Source: Isurus oxyrinchus | Lineage: Eukaryota | DNA length: 64,000 nt | Assembly (NCBI GenBank): GCA_026770705.1 | Contig: JANJGN010000007.1 | Span: 88,536,001-88,600,000 of the forward strand | Direction of reading: 5' to 3' | Shown: one piece after another, positions 13,001-25,239 of the stretch | Layout: every line of letters begins with the position of its first letter | How positions within the stretch are numbered: the first letter of the stretch is position 1 | Translations under genes and position numbers: made by a program | Notes under the pieces: generated by a model | What the model saw: the letters and a program-made list of their open reading frames with translations, nothing else | The model's database searches: none | Told to the model about the DNA's origin: nothing

Positions 13001-13743
13001 GGTTTCCTCTACATTGGAGAGACCAAACGTAAACTGGGCGACTGCTTTGCAGAACACCCGCGGTCTGTCCGCAAGAATGACCCAAATCTCCCTGTCGCTT
13101 GCCATTTTAACACTCCACCCTGCTCTCTTGCCCACATGTCTGTCCTTGGCTTGCTGCATTGTTCCAGTGAAGCCCAACGCAAACTGGAGGAACAACACCT
13201 CATCTTCCGACTAGGCACTTTACAGCCTTCCGGACTGAATATTGAATTCAACAACTTTAGGTCGTGAGCTCCCTCCCCCATCCCCACCCCCTTTCTGTTT
13301 CCCCCTTCCTTTTTTTTCCAATAAATTATAAAGATTTTCTTTTTCCCACCTATTTCCATTATGCAAAACAACACCCCCACTAGAGCTATACCTTGAGTGC
13401 CCTACCATCCATTCTTAATTAGCACATTCGTTTAGATAATATCACCAACTTTAACTTTAACACCTGTGTGTTCTATTGTACTATTGTCGTTGACATCTTT
13501 TGATGATCTGCTTCTATCACTGCTTGTATGTCCATACAACCACACCCCTCCCCACCTCTCTCTCTCTCTCTATCTCTCTGCCCCCCACACACACACCTTA
13601 AACCAGCTTATATTTCAACTCTTTCTTGGACTCACACTCAAGTTCTGTCGAAGGGTCATGAGGACTCGAAACGTCAACTCTTTTCTTCTCCGCCGATGCT
13701 GCCAGACCTGCTGAGTTTTTCCAGATAATTCTGTTTTTGTTTT
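13001..13743 (+). mobile_element. Young 5'-truncated Penelope-like element
   Basis: GFLYIGETKRKLGDCFAEH...EFNNFRS; 11-bp TSD AGAAAAGGAAA at 12990-13000 and 13744-13754; hammerhead-like motif at 13641-13679. Confidence 0.92.
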
Positions 13744-13754
13744 AGAAAAGGAAA

Positions 13755-14505
13755 CAAAATGGGAGCAGAGATTACAGTCTGAAATTGTTGGACTCAATGC
13801 TGAGTCCGGAAGGTTGTAAAGTGCTTAAGTGCTTAATTGAAAGATGAGGTGCTTTTTACTGAGTTTATGTTAGGCTTCATTGGAACAGTACAGCAAGCTG
13901 AGTACAGGGATGTCAGCGTGAGAGCAAGGTGGGGAATTAAAATGACAGGCAACTGGAAGCTCGGGGTCATGATTACAGACTGAACAGAGATTTTCTGCAA
14001 AGCGGTCGCTGGCTGGGCCAGCATTTATTGCCCATTCCTAATTGCCCTTGAGAAGGTGGTGGTGAGCTGCCTGGTAATCTGAATGTGGTCTCCCAAGTGT
14101 AGATCAAACTGCATTGAGAGCAGTGAATACATTATACATTGAAAAAAGTACATATAAATTGCTTTTTCACCTGGAAGGATTGTTTGGGTCCTTGGATGAT
14201 GAGGAGGGAGGAGATAAAAGGTCAGGTGTTGCATGTCCATTGGAACAATGGCATGTGAAGGAGAGGGTGTGACGGGAGTGATTGAGGAGTGGATCAGAAG
14301 ATCGTGGAGGGCACGATCCCTTCGGAATGGGGTGGAGCTGGTCAAGGGCTTGGAGGATCCTTGGTTGAAGAATAAGGAAAATATGCAGAAGCATTGGCAT
14401 GGAAGGTTACATCATCAAAACAGATGCAGCAGAGATGGGAAAATGGAATGGAGTCCTTACAAGAAGCAGGGTGTGAGGAAGTGCAGCTGAGGTAGCTGTG
14501 GGAGG
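13755..14505 (-). mobile_element. Older Penelope-like element fragment, antisense, into which the 13001-13743 copy inserted (approximate bounds)
   Basis: Reverse complement resembles the same GIY-YIG C-terminal region and the upstream FRRDRALHDLLIHS segment. Confidence 0.7.
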
Positions 14506-14830
14506 TCTAGTCACTCTAGTCACTTCCAATATGCTTTATGACCTTTTGTGTTCTGCACCATATTATTAGTCTCCTTCTGGGAGGAAAGAAGTGGGAGCAT
14601 TATCTTTGCTTAAAAATCATTTTTGTTTAGGATTAACTGGACTGAATTAGAAACATATTAAATGTACATTCTGATGTAATGCTTTAAATCTCATGTTACT
14701 CTGCTGCAATTTACATTAATTCTGATTTTTTTCCTTCACCTCTGTGACCCATTGTTTGCAAAGAATGACAGCAAATATAGTGAATCCAGAATATAAACCC
14801 AAAATTTATCTCATTCTATCTTTTTTGCAG

Positions 14831-14931
14831 GATGAACCTTTTAGTTCCCACTTACCTGAAGCGCTCTTCAACATTTCCAGATTTTTACTTCACAATCTTA
14901 CAAAAGAAACTCCTTTGGGCATCTCCAAGGT
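14831..14931 (+). CDS. IFT122: IFT122 internal coding exon ([34 protein letters not shown])
   Basis: Acceptor ttttttgcag ends at 14830. Translation matches the recalled vertebrate IFT122 segment ([13 protein letters not shown]...TPSGISKV). The exon ends in phase 2 before the U12 donor GTATCCTTT at 14932. Confidence 0.95.
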
Positions 14932-15039
14932 GTATCCTTTTGTCACTTGAGCTATTTCATATGCCAGAAATAAAAACAGAAAATGCTGGAAATACACAGC
15001 AGGTGAGGCAGCATCTGTGGAGGGAGAAACAGCATTAAT

Positions 15040-15801
15040 GGGCTGGATTTTACCGGTGGTGGGGGGAGGGGGCAGACTGCTCGTCCTCCGAGAAGGAAAG
15101 TCAGCCAGCAGCCAACACACTGGCAAGAAGCCTGCCTGGCAGCTATAACATGCTGAGGGTGGGCTAAACTAGCTGACATTCAGACTTCCTCTCCTCAGTG
15201 GGAGGAAATCCCACCCTCGAGAGTTGCCAGTCAATCAAATTGGCCAGCAACTCCAGCAGTCCCTGAGCACTAGAGCTCAGTGGTGGGCGCTGCTTGGACT
15301 TCAAGAGAGAGCATGAAGGAGATCAATGGCTACCACAAAAAGGTAAGTCCCAGGCTTTTAGGGTGAAGAGCTATCTGGGAACCTGGGAGTGGGGAGAGTG
15401 GGGTGCAGCACCTTGATTTTGGAGGGCAGGCGAAAAGAAGGAACTGGGGGTGACATCTTAGGGAGGACGCCCCAATGTACACAGGGCATGTCTCCAAATG
15501 AAGTGTCACCTTCCCGCCATTTCTCATCTAAGCCACAATAAACAGCCTGCCCACTCCCAGCTGCCTGCCCATGCCAACCTTATTATGGCATGGGCAGTGT
15601 ATTATCTCAATCAATAGACTTGTTGACAAGCCTAATTGATTTTTAATTATTCATTTAAATATGTTGGGTGGGCTGCCAATTATGACACCTGCTCACCTAG
15701 TGTATAATGGGGCTCAGCTCAAGGGTGGACAGGTAAGGTGGTGGGCTAGCCAACCCCCTTGCCAAAAACACTCCGAGTGGCGGGACTGTAAAATCCAGCA
15801 C
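15040..15801. mobile_element. Harbinger-like MITE inserted into an antisense PLE end fragment (about 14965-15835)
   Basis: TIR GGGCTGGATTTTAC / GTAAAATCCAGCAC; TSD AAT at 15037-15039 and 15802-15804. Confidence 0.85.
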
Positions 15802-17349
15802 AATGTTTCAGATCAATGACCTTTCATCAGAATTGGAAAAAGTTTAGCTGATGTTTGCCAGGATCAGAAAGTATTGATTGTTTTAATGTGACCTACTCAA
15901 TATGGTTTTGATACAGTTGGCATCATCATAGGAGAGATAATGGAAAGACAGATGCTGTTGATTTATTTGTAACCTGGGTGCTACTATATAGTATTCCTGC
16001 TAAGCTGCACGGTTATGTGGCAATGCATCAGCTACCCAAATTTTGTTCCGTGATAACTGATAAGTGTGCAAAGCCATGCAAAAATATTTAAAGGGACGTC
16101 ACACTGAAAAATATTGGTCACATACATCTAAATTTTAAAGGGAGATTACTACTTGCTATACAGCAACATTGAATTTTATGCAAGCCTCCTCGGATGTGAC
16201 AATTGCTACCAATTCTAAATGTCCAATTTGGGCATTAATTTTAATAATGCAAATTAATTAAAAGGAGGAGTTGACCTGAGGCTAAGTGGTTGTTGGAGCT
16301 GAGACTTTCACTGTAAGTACTGCTTGTGTTTGACTTCTGAAATTTTTCAAAATGTTCAGCAATGTACATGCACAAAAAGTTAGCATTTGGTGCTACAGTG
16401 CACCATGACACATAGGGTGTAAAATATGGGCTTACAGGCTACGATTCCCTCAAATAGTGGCTTTCCCACCTCATTCTTGTAAAAGCTACTAAAAGTGGCT
16501 AGATATTTACTTGGGAAGAAAGGAAGGCTGGTCATGGGGGGGGGGTGGTGGGCAGTGACACAGGTGTTCACAATCATGCTAAAACGTTAGTGGAGAGCTG
16601 AGAGTAGGGTATCTGAGTGCCCTCAAGGCTAGGATAAGGTATGAAAGAACTGCTGGTGCCAGTGGAACTGTACCCTAGCAAGTCAGTGCCTTCAGCAGAG
16701 GAGGGAAAACTGAGTTTGAGCCCAAATATGACCAGTGGATGGTGGGTCATAGTGCAGCGTATTGGGATGGCTAGAGTAAAGATAGAGAGCTGTATGCCAG
16801 GATGGACTATATCACAAACAAAATATTGGTTGGGTTCAACATCTAGCTCAGTGTTGAAACGAGGAGAGCAGAAATTCCATGCCCACCAGCCTTACTTCAA
16901 TCCATGTCAGTTTGAGCATTGTAATGCATATAATGAACCAGAATGGGACCAATGAATAAAACATTCAAATATAAAAATGGAATAACTTCAAACTTCATTT
17001 TAAGCCTGTAAAACTGGCACTTCTGAGGCAAGTTTTTGTGAGCCATCCCTGAATTTTAAGCATATCCCAATGATCTTTAGTCTGTACATGGCAATGAGGC
17101 TCTAACAATATGGAACATAATTCCTGAGCTGATCATCATAGCAGGCAGGCAGATTATCATCCCACCCATTAAAGGAGTGAACAATGCAGGTGCAGCTGGT
17201 TCCTGTAGACAAATCCCTATTAAAGTTTATGCATTCAGTGTACCTTAGCATGTCTTGCATTGTTGCATTGACTTGCATTGTTTATGTACTGCGGAACCCA
17301 CTTCTATATCTTGCAGTTATGCAATGTGTTCTGGACAAGGTTATTCTTT

Positions 17350-17620
17350 ATTCTTTCATGGGATGTGGGAATGGCTGGCAAGACCAGCGTTTATTATCTA
17401 TCCCTATTTGCCCTTGAGAAGATGGTGGTGTCAATTTTTTGATGCAACCGAGTGGCTTGCTAGGCCATTTCAGAGGGCAATTAAGAGTCAACAATGTTGC
17501 TGTGGGTCTGGAGTCACATGTAGACCAGACCAGGTAAGGATGGCAGATTTCCTTCCCCATGAATTAGGTAGGTTTTTACAACAAACCACCTGCTAGATTA
17601 CTAATACTGGCTTTTTATTC
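17350..17620 (-). mobile_element. SINE/LINE 3'-tail fragment (approximate bounds)
   Basis: Shares the ttcatgggatgtggg...ttgcccttgagaag tail seen at about 29945, 36175 and 55940. Confidence 0.6.
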
Positions 17621-18804
17621 CGGTTGCAGTCAACTTGTATTTGCTTTGACATTGCTTCTATCCAGTTTTCACCCCTGTTTGCTGTAAACAATATATCTCA
17701 AAAACTAATGGACATATTTCAACGAATCTTTGTACATGGATAGGGCATGGCAAGAAAAAGAACTGATTAGCTTTTGGTGAAGATATGGATCCGGACCCTT
17801 GAATTTTTGTAAAGGATCCATCCGTTAACATTGGGAGATGGGGTGAATTGACTTTTTCTTTTAGAATATTGTGAGTTGTTTGATTTAGAATGCTATTGAT
17901 TGTTTTAGAATATTGTGGATTGTCTCATCTCCTGTATTGGAATTTGTCATAACTGTCAAAATGAAAGCAGAATTTTCAGAGCAGGTTGTTGCATGTGGAT
18001 TGGCATGAAGCCTCCTCACTGAGATGGAATCACTTATTAAAAAGATTTATTTTCTCAGCTTTGTAGTTACAGCGCATTAACTAGACAGGGAAAAATCTCA
18101 AGGAAGAGCTGCTTAATTGTATTAATGTTGAGTGAACACAGCGTGGCAGAGGCATGCGCTTTACTGAGTGCCCTGTTCACTTGTTGAGTTTGTTCTAATC
18201 TTGACAATATCACAAACTTACTCCTAGAGATTAATTTTGTCGATTTTTCCCTTCCTTCTGAATCCTTCAAAAACTGATTTTTCCTGGGCTACATTTCCAT
18301 GGGCATTTGCGGCATCAAGCCCACTCTTGTGTGAGGTTACATAATGAGTGTCAGCAGAATATCTACTGAGGAGGTTGACAGCTGAGCCAAATTCTACCTT
18401 CACTCAGCATTCTCACATGTACTACTTTATAATATCGGTTACTAGATAGTGATCAGGAGCAATATGCCTAGCAGGTTTTTGCCTCTTTGCTGGGCTCTGA
18501 GGCCAATTTGTTATGGCAGGTAGATGGTAAATGCCAAGCTACCCAAAGCCCAGAGGGAAATTTGAAGTAGTTGTCACAACTATTTGCAATGTGTACTTAT
18601 TTCAAGATGCGGGCTTTGAATTCATTAAAAAGAAGCCACCAAATCTTATAGGTTTCTTATAAAACTAAATTAAACCTTTATTAATAGAAGAAATGATTTT
18701 AAGCACAAACATACATCTACAAGTTACTACTATGATAACTTCCAAATTCCCTAATTAACCTAAACCTCAATTACACCTCCATTAAGGCAACAGTGAGATA
18801 TGTA

Positions 18805-18932
18805 GGCCGGGATTTTCTGGCTCTGTCGTGGCGCGAGTGGTCGTGGGCGAGGCGGCACCCCAGCCAGAAGTCCATTGACTTGCGGCGGGACTGGACGATC
18901 CTGGTGGTGGGTGGGTATAGAAAATCCCTCCC
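18805..18932. mobile_element. Short Harbinger-like MITE
   Basis: GGCCGGGATTTTCT ... AGAAAATCCCTCCC inverted ends; CpG-rich. Confidence 0.6.
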
Positions 18933-19239
18933 ATTAATTTTTAAATGACCTAGGCAAAGTAACACACAATACCCTGAGCAGTTGAATTCAAAGTGAGTTT
19001 TTCTTAGCTTCAATTCCTTGTAGACAGCAGCTTGATGCTTAGATGCTGGAGGCTTTTCACACTTGTTAGATCTTAGAATTCCTTTCCCTTGCACACAGCC
19101 TTTTCTTCTTTATACAAATTTTCCCCTTTGAATGCAAATTTGCATTGTTTCACTGTGTCTTTGGACTTTATCTCTCTAATAATAAAAATCCATCAAAGTA
19201 CCAATTTTACCAGTAATGTTTGGGAAGAATAAACACACT

Positions 19240-19855
19240 GGGCAGAATTTTGCCCTTGATGAGTGGATGGGCCCCAGCGGCAGGCGGGCAGCTGATTGCG
19301 GCTGCCAAAATGGGCCCTGCCATCATTTTGAGTGGGCGGGCCAATTAAGGCCTGCCCAGCGGGCTGTCCGACGGGAAGCGCCATGCGCTTCCTGTGCAGC
19401 TCCCTGAGACTAAATACTGTCTCAGGGAGAGCGCTGACAGTTTTTGTAACTTGAAAAATAGAAAAATAAAAAAATTATTAACATGTCCCCCTCATGTGAC
19501 ACTGTCATATGAGATGGGGCATGTTAATAAATATCAAATAAACTTTATTAAAGTTTTTTAAAACAGACATGAAACCTCACCCCGCCGGTGGATGAGGTTT
19601 CATGTTTTTTCAGAAGCCCGCTAGGGCTCCTGGCCTGCCCGCCAACCTTAAGGTTGGACGGGCAGGGCATTTAATTGGCTTAATTATCCTGTCAATGGCC
19701 TCAATTGGCCATTGACAGGTCGGCGGGCAGACAGCTGATTTCGCTGTCTGCCCGCCTTCCTGAATATTTAAATGGGGCAGGATGATGTCGGGGAGTCCCC
19801 CCGACGTCTTTTTGCGTCAACGAGCCCCCAGCTCTCTGATGGAAAAATTCTGCCC
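19240..19855. mobile_element. Harbinger-like MITE
   Basis: Perfect 12-bp TIR GGGCAGAATTTT / AAAATTCTGCCC; TSD ACT at 19237-19239 and 19856-19858. Confidence 0.9.
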
Positions 19856-20092
19856 ACTGTTTCTTAACTTCTCCTGGCTAGGTGAAACATTTCACCACCT
19901 CTTTTGAATTCAAGCTAGTCTGGTTTATTTAAAAATGCAAATGTTCCCTTCACACCTACTTAACATTTCAATCCTAGTTTATCTTCTGTTACATCAAAAC
20001 CTTCAGACCAGCTGCCTTTAATTCTCTCTCTCTCTCACACACACACACACACTGCACTCTACAAAAATTCCAATAACCTTATGAAAATTATT

Positions 20093-20718
20093 ATTTTCCC
20101 CTCATCGGGCCGGTGTGACAGGCGGGCCTGGAAGCAGCTGCGAAATGGTCCGCTGCCCCCGATTGGGCTCAGACCGCGATTTCACGCTGGCTGGCCAGTG
20201 TGAAACGCACACTAGGAGCCTCAGCACTGCTGGAGTGAGGGTGGGAGGAGTGCGAGTGCTGAATTGTGCGCATGCGCAGGGGTGCGCTCACTGAAAGCTC
20301 CCTGAGGCAGCTTAAGATTTTTAAAATGAAAAATAAAGATTTCACAAATAATATAAACAAGTTCCCATATGTAACTCAGTCACATGAAGAGGGACACGTT
20401 AAAAATGAGTTTTAATTTTTTTTTATTTTTTTATTCATTGTTGGAAACCTCGTCCCATCATGGATGGGGTTTCACAAAAAATGCAAAGGCTGTCTGGCTT
20501 ATTCGCCCGTCCACCAACTGTAAGGTTGGACGGGCAGTGGAAAATTTTACTTATTTAGCTGCTTAAGAACCTTAATAGGCCCCTTAATTGTCGGCGTGCG
20601 CGCTCGCCGACCGACATAGCGAGTGAATGCGCGATGACGTCTGGACGCTCGCCCGATGTCATCGTGCATTATTTCACGCTCAGGCGTGCACCCGCACACT
20701 GAACTGAAAATCCTGGCC
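20093..20718. mobile_element. Harbinger-like MITE related to 19240-19855 (left end eroded)
   Basis: Shared internal blocks (gaaacctc..ccc..tggatg.ggtttca, taaggttggacgggcag); right end GAAAATCCTGGCC. Confidence 0.7.
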
Positions 20719-21094
20719 TATTTCTTCCTGACGAATTGGAGAACCCCAGTTGAAATCAGCCAATTCAGCATGATTCCTAGTCCATGCTGAATCAAGCATG
20801 GGACTTTTTATATGGCTTTGTGCTCTACCAGGTGGTACCATTACCCATAAGGCTATTAATTGGACATCCACTTGTGTGAGTTGAAATCACACTGTATGGT
20901 ATTAGTAATGAAGATGTCATGAAAGCCATCTTTAATATCCTTTTGAAACAGTAGGCAAAGAATGACAGTATTGCAGTGTGCAATACAGATGTGTTAATTC
21001 TTCAATGACTGATATTGTGCAATGTGATTAATTTCAGTTCCATTGGAATTCTGAAGAGAAATGACTGTGCCTTTTATTCCTTAACTATTAGCAG

Positions 21095-21260
21095 TAATAC
21101 TTTATATGCTCTTGCCAAACAAAGTAAGGCACTGGGTGCGTACAAACTGGCTCGGCATGCCTACGACAAACTACAGGGCCTGCGCATTCCTACCAGGTTT
21201 CAGGAGTCCATCGAACTAGGTAGCCTGACGATTCGATCCAAGCCATTTCATGATAGTGAG
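21095..21260 (+). CDS. IFT122: IFT122 internal coding exon ([55 protein letters not shown])
   Basis: U12 branch point TTCCTTAAC at 21077-21085, CAG acceptor ending at 21094, donor GAG|gtgagg at 21261. The phase-2 join (GT+T = Val) keeps frame with the previous exon. Confidence 0.95.
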
Positions 21261-21489
21261 GTGAGGAGCTTCATCAGCTACTGGCTGCAAGTGTAGCTGA
21301 GCATTAAAAATAGTACTTTGTATTGAATGTAATTTAAGATTTTTTTTGTCTCAGAGAAAAGGGGAATGTTGTTAAACTGGGGTGCAGTGTTATGATCTGT
21401 GAGTCACTCATAGGGGGATTTCCTGTAGCCACGGTATGTAGCAGGACTCATCCTTTTTGAACAGCAATAGAATAAAGAATAGAGCAGAA

Positions 21490-22500
21490 ATAATGCAGTT
21501 GATTTTCAAAAAAAATTTAATGAAGTACGTCATAATGGACTTATTAACAAAATTGAAGCCTATCGGATTGAAGGGACAGTGGCTGCATGGATATGAAATT
21601 GGCTAAGGGAAATTAGCATTGGGAACACTGAACTTTTGTTACATATCAATCACCTGGACTTGCGTATGTAGGGCATACTTGCAGCTGGCAGGAAACTCAT
21701 AAATGTAGTTAGCAGTGACGAGGATAGTGACAGACTTCAAGAGGACAGATGGAATGTAAAGCAGTGAAGTGATTCATTTTGGCAGGAAGAATGAGGTGAG
21801 GCATCAAAAATAATACAATTTTAAAAGAAGTGCAGGAACAGGACCTGGGGGGTGTATGTACAAAAGTGTTTGAAGGTGGCACAACAAGTTGAGAAGCCTC
21901 TTAAAAAGGAATACAAAATTCGCAGCTTTATAAATGGATGTATGGAGTACAAAAGCAAGGGAGTTAAAAAGCGCTGGTTAGGCCCCAGCTGGAATATTAA
22001 GTCCAGTGCTGGGCACCACACATCGGGAAAGATGTCAAGACCTTAGCAAGGGTGGAGAGAAGATTTACAAGAATGGTATCAGGGATGAAAGACTTCATTT
22101 TCTATGAGAGACCGGAGAAATGGTTTATTCCCCTTAGAGCAAGGAAAGTTAAAGGGAGATTTTATGGAGGTGTTCAAAGTCTTGAAAGGTTTTGATAGCA
22201 TAAATAGGAGAAACTGTTTCAGTGGCAGAAAGGTCAGTAACCACAGGAGACAGATTTTAATTAGAGGTCACATGTGGAAACAGTTTTTATGCAGCGAGTG
22301 TTATGTTCTCTAATGCATTGCCTAATTAGGGTGGTGAAACAGATTCAATAATAAATTTCAAAAGGGAATTGAATAAATTCTTGAAGGGTAAAAAAATTGC
22401 TTGACTATGGGGAGTGGAATTAATTGGATAGCCTTTTCAAATAACCAACACAAGCATGATGGATTGAATGACCTCTTTCTGTGCTGAATCATTCTTTGGC
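21490..22500 (+). mobile_element. Degraded CR1 3' half (approximate bounds)
   Basis: GLFPLEQGKLKGDFMEVFKVLKGFD peptide and CR1-type 3' tail. Confidence 0.75.
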
Positions 22501-23459
22501 TTTATGGAATATTGTCCTGTAAGCATCATCTGCTCTACTATATAGAGATATCACAAATATATAAATGCATTCTTCATTCTTTTAAAGAGAATAAGTAATT
22601 TCAACAAGCAAATTATAATTTAAGAGTAACATCTTTACATTGATACAGGTAGATTTACCGATTCCATACTGTCAAGCAGGAGCCATACTGAACAGAAGAC
22701 TGATCCAGCGATAGGGCTACAACAAAGTGGCTTTACTACAAACTGAAATTCCTTTGAGTACAAATTGCAGCTGGAAATGTAGAATCAGTAAAGTCAGCCT
22801 ATAAATTAGACTCACCTGGAATGATGAATGACTAAATTCGAACACTGTAAAGGACCTGGAAAAAGTCTAATGAGCAGAGTGGATATGGCTTTAAAAGGCC
22901 TGAAAATTCATCTGCCTACCTAGCCAAAAAGAGAAACTTTACAGGCTGGGAGTGGCATCAGTGTCATTTTTCTCAGCTGTTCCATTCCTTTGTTTATTTC
23001 TCTTGTGCTTTTCTTGTCTTTAACATTTCTGAGGCCTAATTTTAACTCTTCCTCACCACAGAGGATCTCTCATCCTTATTTTGTTATTATTTAAAGGACT
23101 ATGTTCTCTGAGTAAAGTTCAAGGAGCTGTCACAGATGAAGGAATAAGAAATATTAATGGGTTTCAAAAAGGAACTGGGCAGGTCTTTGCCAACAAATAG
23201 GTTTAAGGATTATTGCACAATGGGAATGCTGACGAAATGTGGGCTAGATGGGCTGAAGGGCGTTCCCCTGCCCAAAGTTATGCTAATAACAAGTCAAAAT
23301 AAGTTCTAATTGCCAAGTAGCCAAGTCATCCTTAAGAACCTTTGTCCAGCATTGTTACTATTGTTTTTGTAAAATTTGCTTCAATCTTCCTGACTCTCCT
23401 TGCTTTAAGTGTCTGTGTGTATGTGTGTTTGTGTAACTGCCTGCTATATTTGTACACAG

Positions 23460-23571
23460 GACTTTGTACCTATGTGCTATAGGTGTTCAACTAACAACCC
23501 ACTACTCAACAACCAGGGAAACGTGTGCATCAACTGTCGGCAGCCCTTTGTGTTCTCTGCTTCCTCCTATG
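23460..23571 (+). CDS. IFT122: IFT122 internal coding exon ([37 protein letters not shown]), CxxC...CxxC zinc-binding motif
   Basis: Acceptor tgtacacag ends at 23459; donor G|gtgagt at 23572; near-identical to the recalled IFT122 peptide. Confidence 0.95.
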
Positions 23572-24079
23572 GTGAGTTTATTGTATGCTGGCGGTAGCAT
23601 AGTTTGCTTGTATTTACTGCTCTAAAGTTAGGTTGTAGTTTGCTTATATACTTTTGTTTTATTGTGGAACTTTTAAAATTCAATACAATTCTACCCTAAG
23701 GCTGGAAATAAAACCTCTCAGTAACATAAGTTTCCCTTGGGGAAGAGGGAGTAGTTGGAGTTTGCGCACATAGATACATGAAATGGTAGCAAAAGCTGAC
23801 CAGCAGCTTTAGGAAAGATGATACAACCCCTCAGATTTGACAACTCAAAAACAGAAGCTTGAATGACCACTGACCAGTGAAGAGTGCTGAAGCTGCTTAG
23901 CTCTCCTCTGCCGCTTGTTTGCAGACTGATCTTGCACCTTCACTTTGAGTTTCAACCACACTGATCAGTCTCCCACACTGCCATATAGCCATTGCAACCG
24001 TTGGGAACTCTGCTTTATTTTTGAATCTTTAAAACACTTTCCTTTTGAGTCCTTTCAGCATCTTATCAAAGTTTGAAAC

Positions 24080-24330
24080 ACAAGCAAAGATAGAAAATGC
24101 TGGAGTAACTCAACAAGTCAGGCAGTATTTGTGGAGAGAACAGAGAAGTCAACGTTTCAGGTACAGAGACTTCAGCAAAACTGAATGATGTTATAGATGA
24201 ACAGCATTTACAAAGGAATGGGGCAGGTGGGAGGGGGAGAAATATCAACCCACAGAAGAAAACAAATAGAATGACTTGTAAATGGAGAACAGCAGATGAC
24301 TGAACAGTAGAAATTATATCAGCATGAGAC
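24080..24330 (-). mobile_element. PLE terminal-repeat fragment (approximate bounds)
   Basis: gaaaatgctggag..ctcaacaagtcaggcag..aacgtttcag matches the other PLE ends in antisense. Confidence 0.6.
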
Positions 24331-25239
24331 AATATTAGACATAATGAGAAAAATCATTGATATAATAGCCACATATGAGAAATAGTGTATGAGAATAGCT
24401 AAAGAGGTAGGGGATAGGCAGGCAAAAGGGAAGCACAAAAAACTGGCAAAATGGAAGCGGCAGCAGTGGTCCAGTTTCCTGATAGCTTCCATTGGAAGAC
24501 TTCTGCCGATCTGTTGTTGATCTGTTTTCTTCTACTAGCTAATCTTGTTTTGCAATCCTATTGAAGCTGAAAGTTAACCTCTCTGTTCCCAAAAAAGCAA
24601 TGAGTAAACCTATAATGTATAAATTCACGCAGCACTTTTTAAAGTATGGCAGGCTAGTTTTGTCAATGCTGACTGCTCAAGTATAAAAATTCTGAAATAT
24701 TTAAGTACTGTTCTATTGGCTTTAGATTGTGTCTGGCCCAACTGTTTCTAGCCAAACACCTTGCACAGGTTGCAATGCATCAAACATGCCATACTAGCCC
24801 TTAATTAGTGTTGCTTCTTGTGGCAGTGGTTTGAAAGTGCTCCAAAGTTGCTGAAGTTGGGGCAGGCAAGAAAGTACAAATGCGTTTAGTGATGCGCTAC
24901 TTCAGGATTGTCTGTAACTGGTCACTAAACCCTTGAAGCCAGAAGAAAGGACAGCCCTTGCCTCTATGGCAGTAGTTTCTGCATCCGTGGAAGAAACAGA
25001 CATTACCCTCTTTGGAGCTTCAATGTAGATGCCCTTGGAGTAGCAATGTATGGCGGGCTACAGTGCTGTAAAACCATCTTCCAATGTATTTCATTGGCAG
25101 CATTTTATCTTAAATCGTCCTTAAGGCCTGCTCCAAGGCTGGATACTCTTTTCAAAACAGAGCCCACAAGCCCTACTTCTTCAGCTGAGACCTGAGTCTC
25201 TAGTGAATGACATCTTTCTTCTTCTGCCTCCACCAGCTA

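Larger units (their letters stand above)
14932..21094 (+). other. U12-type (minor spliceosome) GT-AG intron of IFT122
   Basis: Consensus U12 donor GTATCCTTT; consensus branch point TTCCTTAAC ending 9 nt before the end of the AG; no long polypyrimidine tract. Confidence 0.93.

Noticed and set aside
12779-13267. 162-aa ORF as a novel GIY-YIG gene
   Set aside because: Chance fusion of flanking DNA with a truncated PLE; the junction coincides with the TSD.
1-14830. Additional upstream IFT122 exons
   Set aside because: I found no IFT122-like peptide with splice sites; the region is almost entirely TE-derived, so the previous exon is presumably outside the window.
14930-14935. AAG|GTGTAT as the true donor of the first exon
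   Set aside because: Breaks the reading frame with the next exon; the U12 donor 2 nt downstream restores it.
18509-20092. Possible solo LTR starting TGTTAT and hosting two MITEs
   Set aside because: No matching CA terminus, TSD or second copy that I could identify.
21092-21094. Upstream TAG of the TAGCAG tandem acceptor as the main 3' splice site
   Set aside because: Only about 7 nt from the U12 branch A and adds a Ser not present in the recalled orthologue alignment; CAG fits better.
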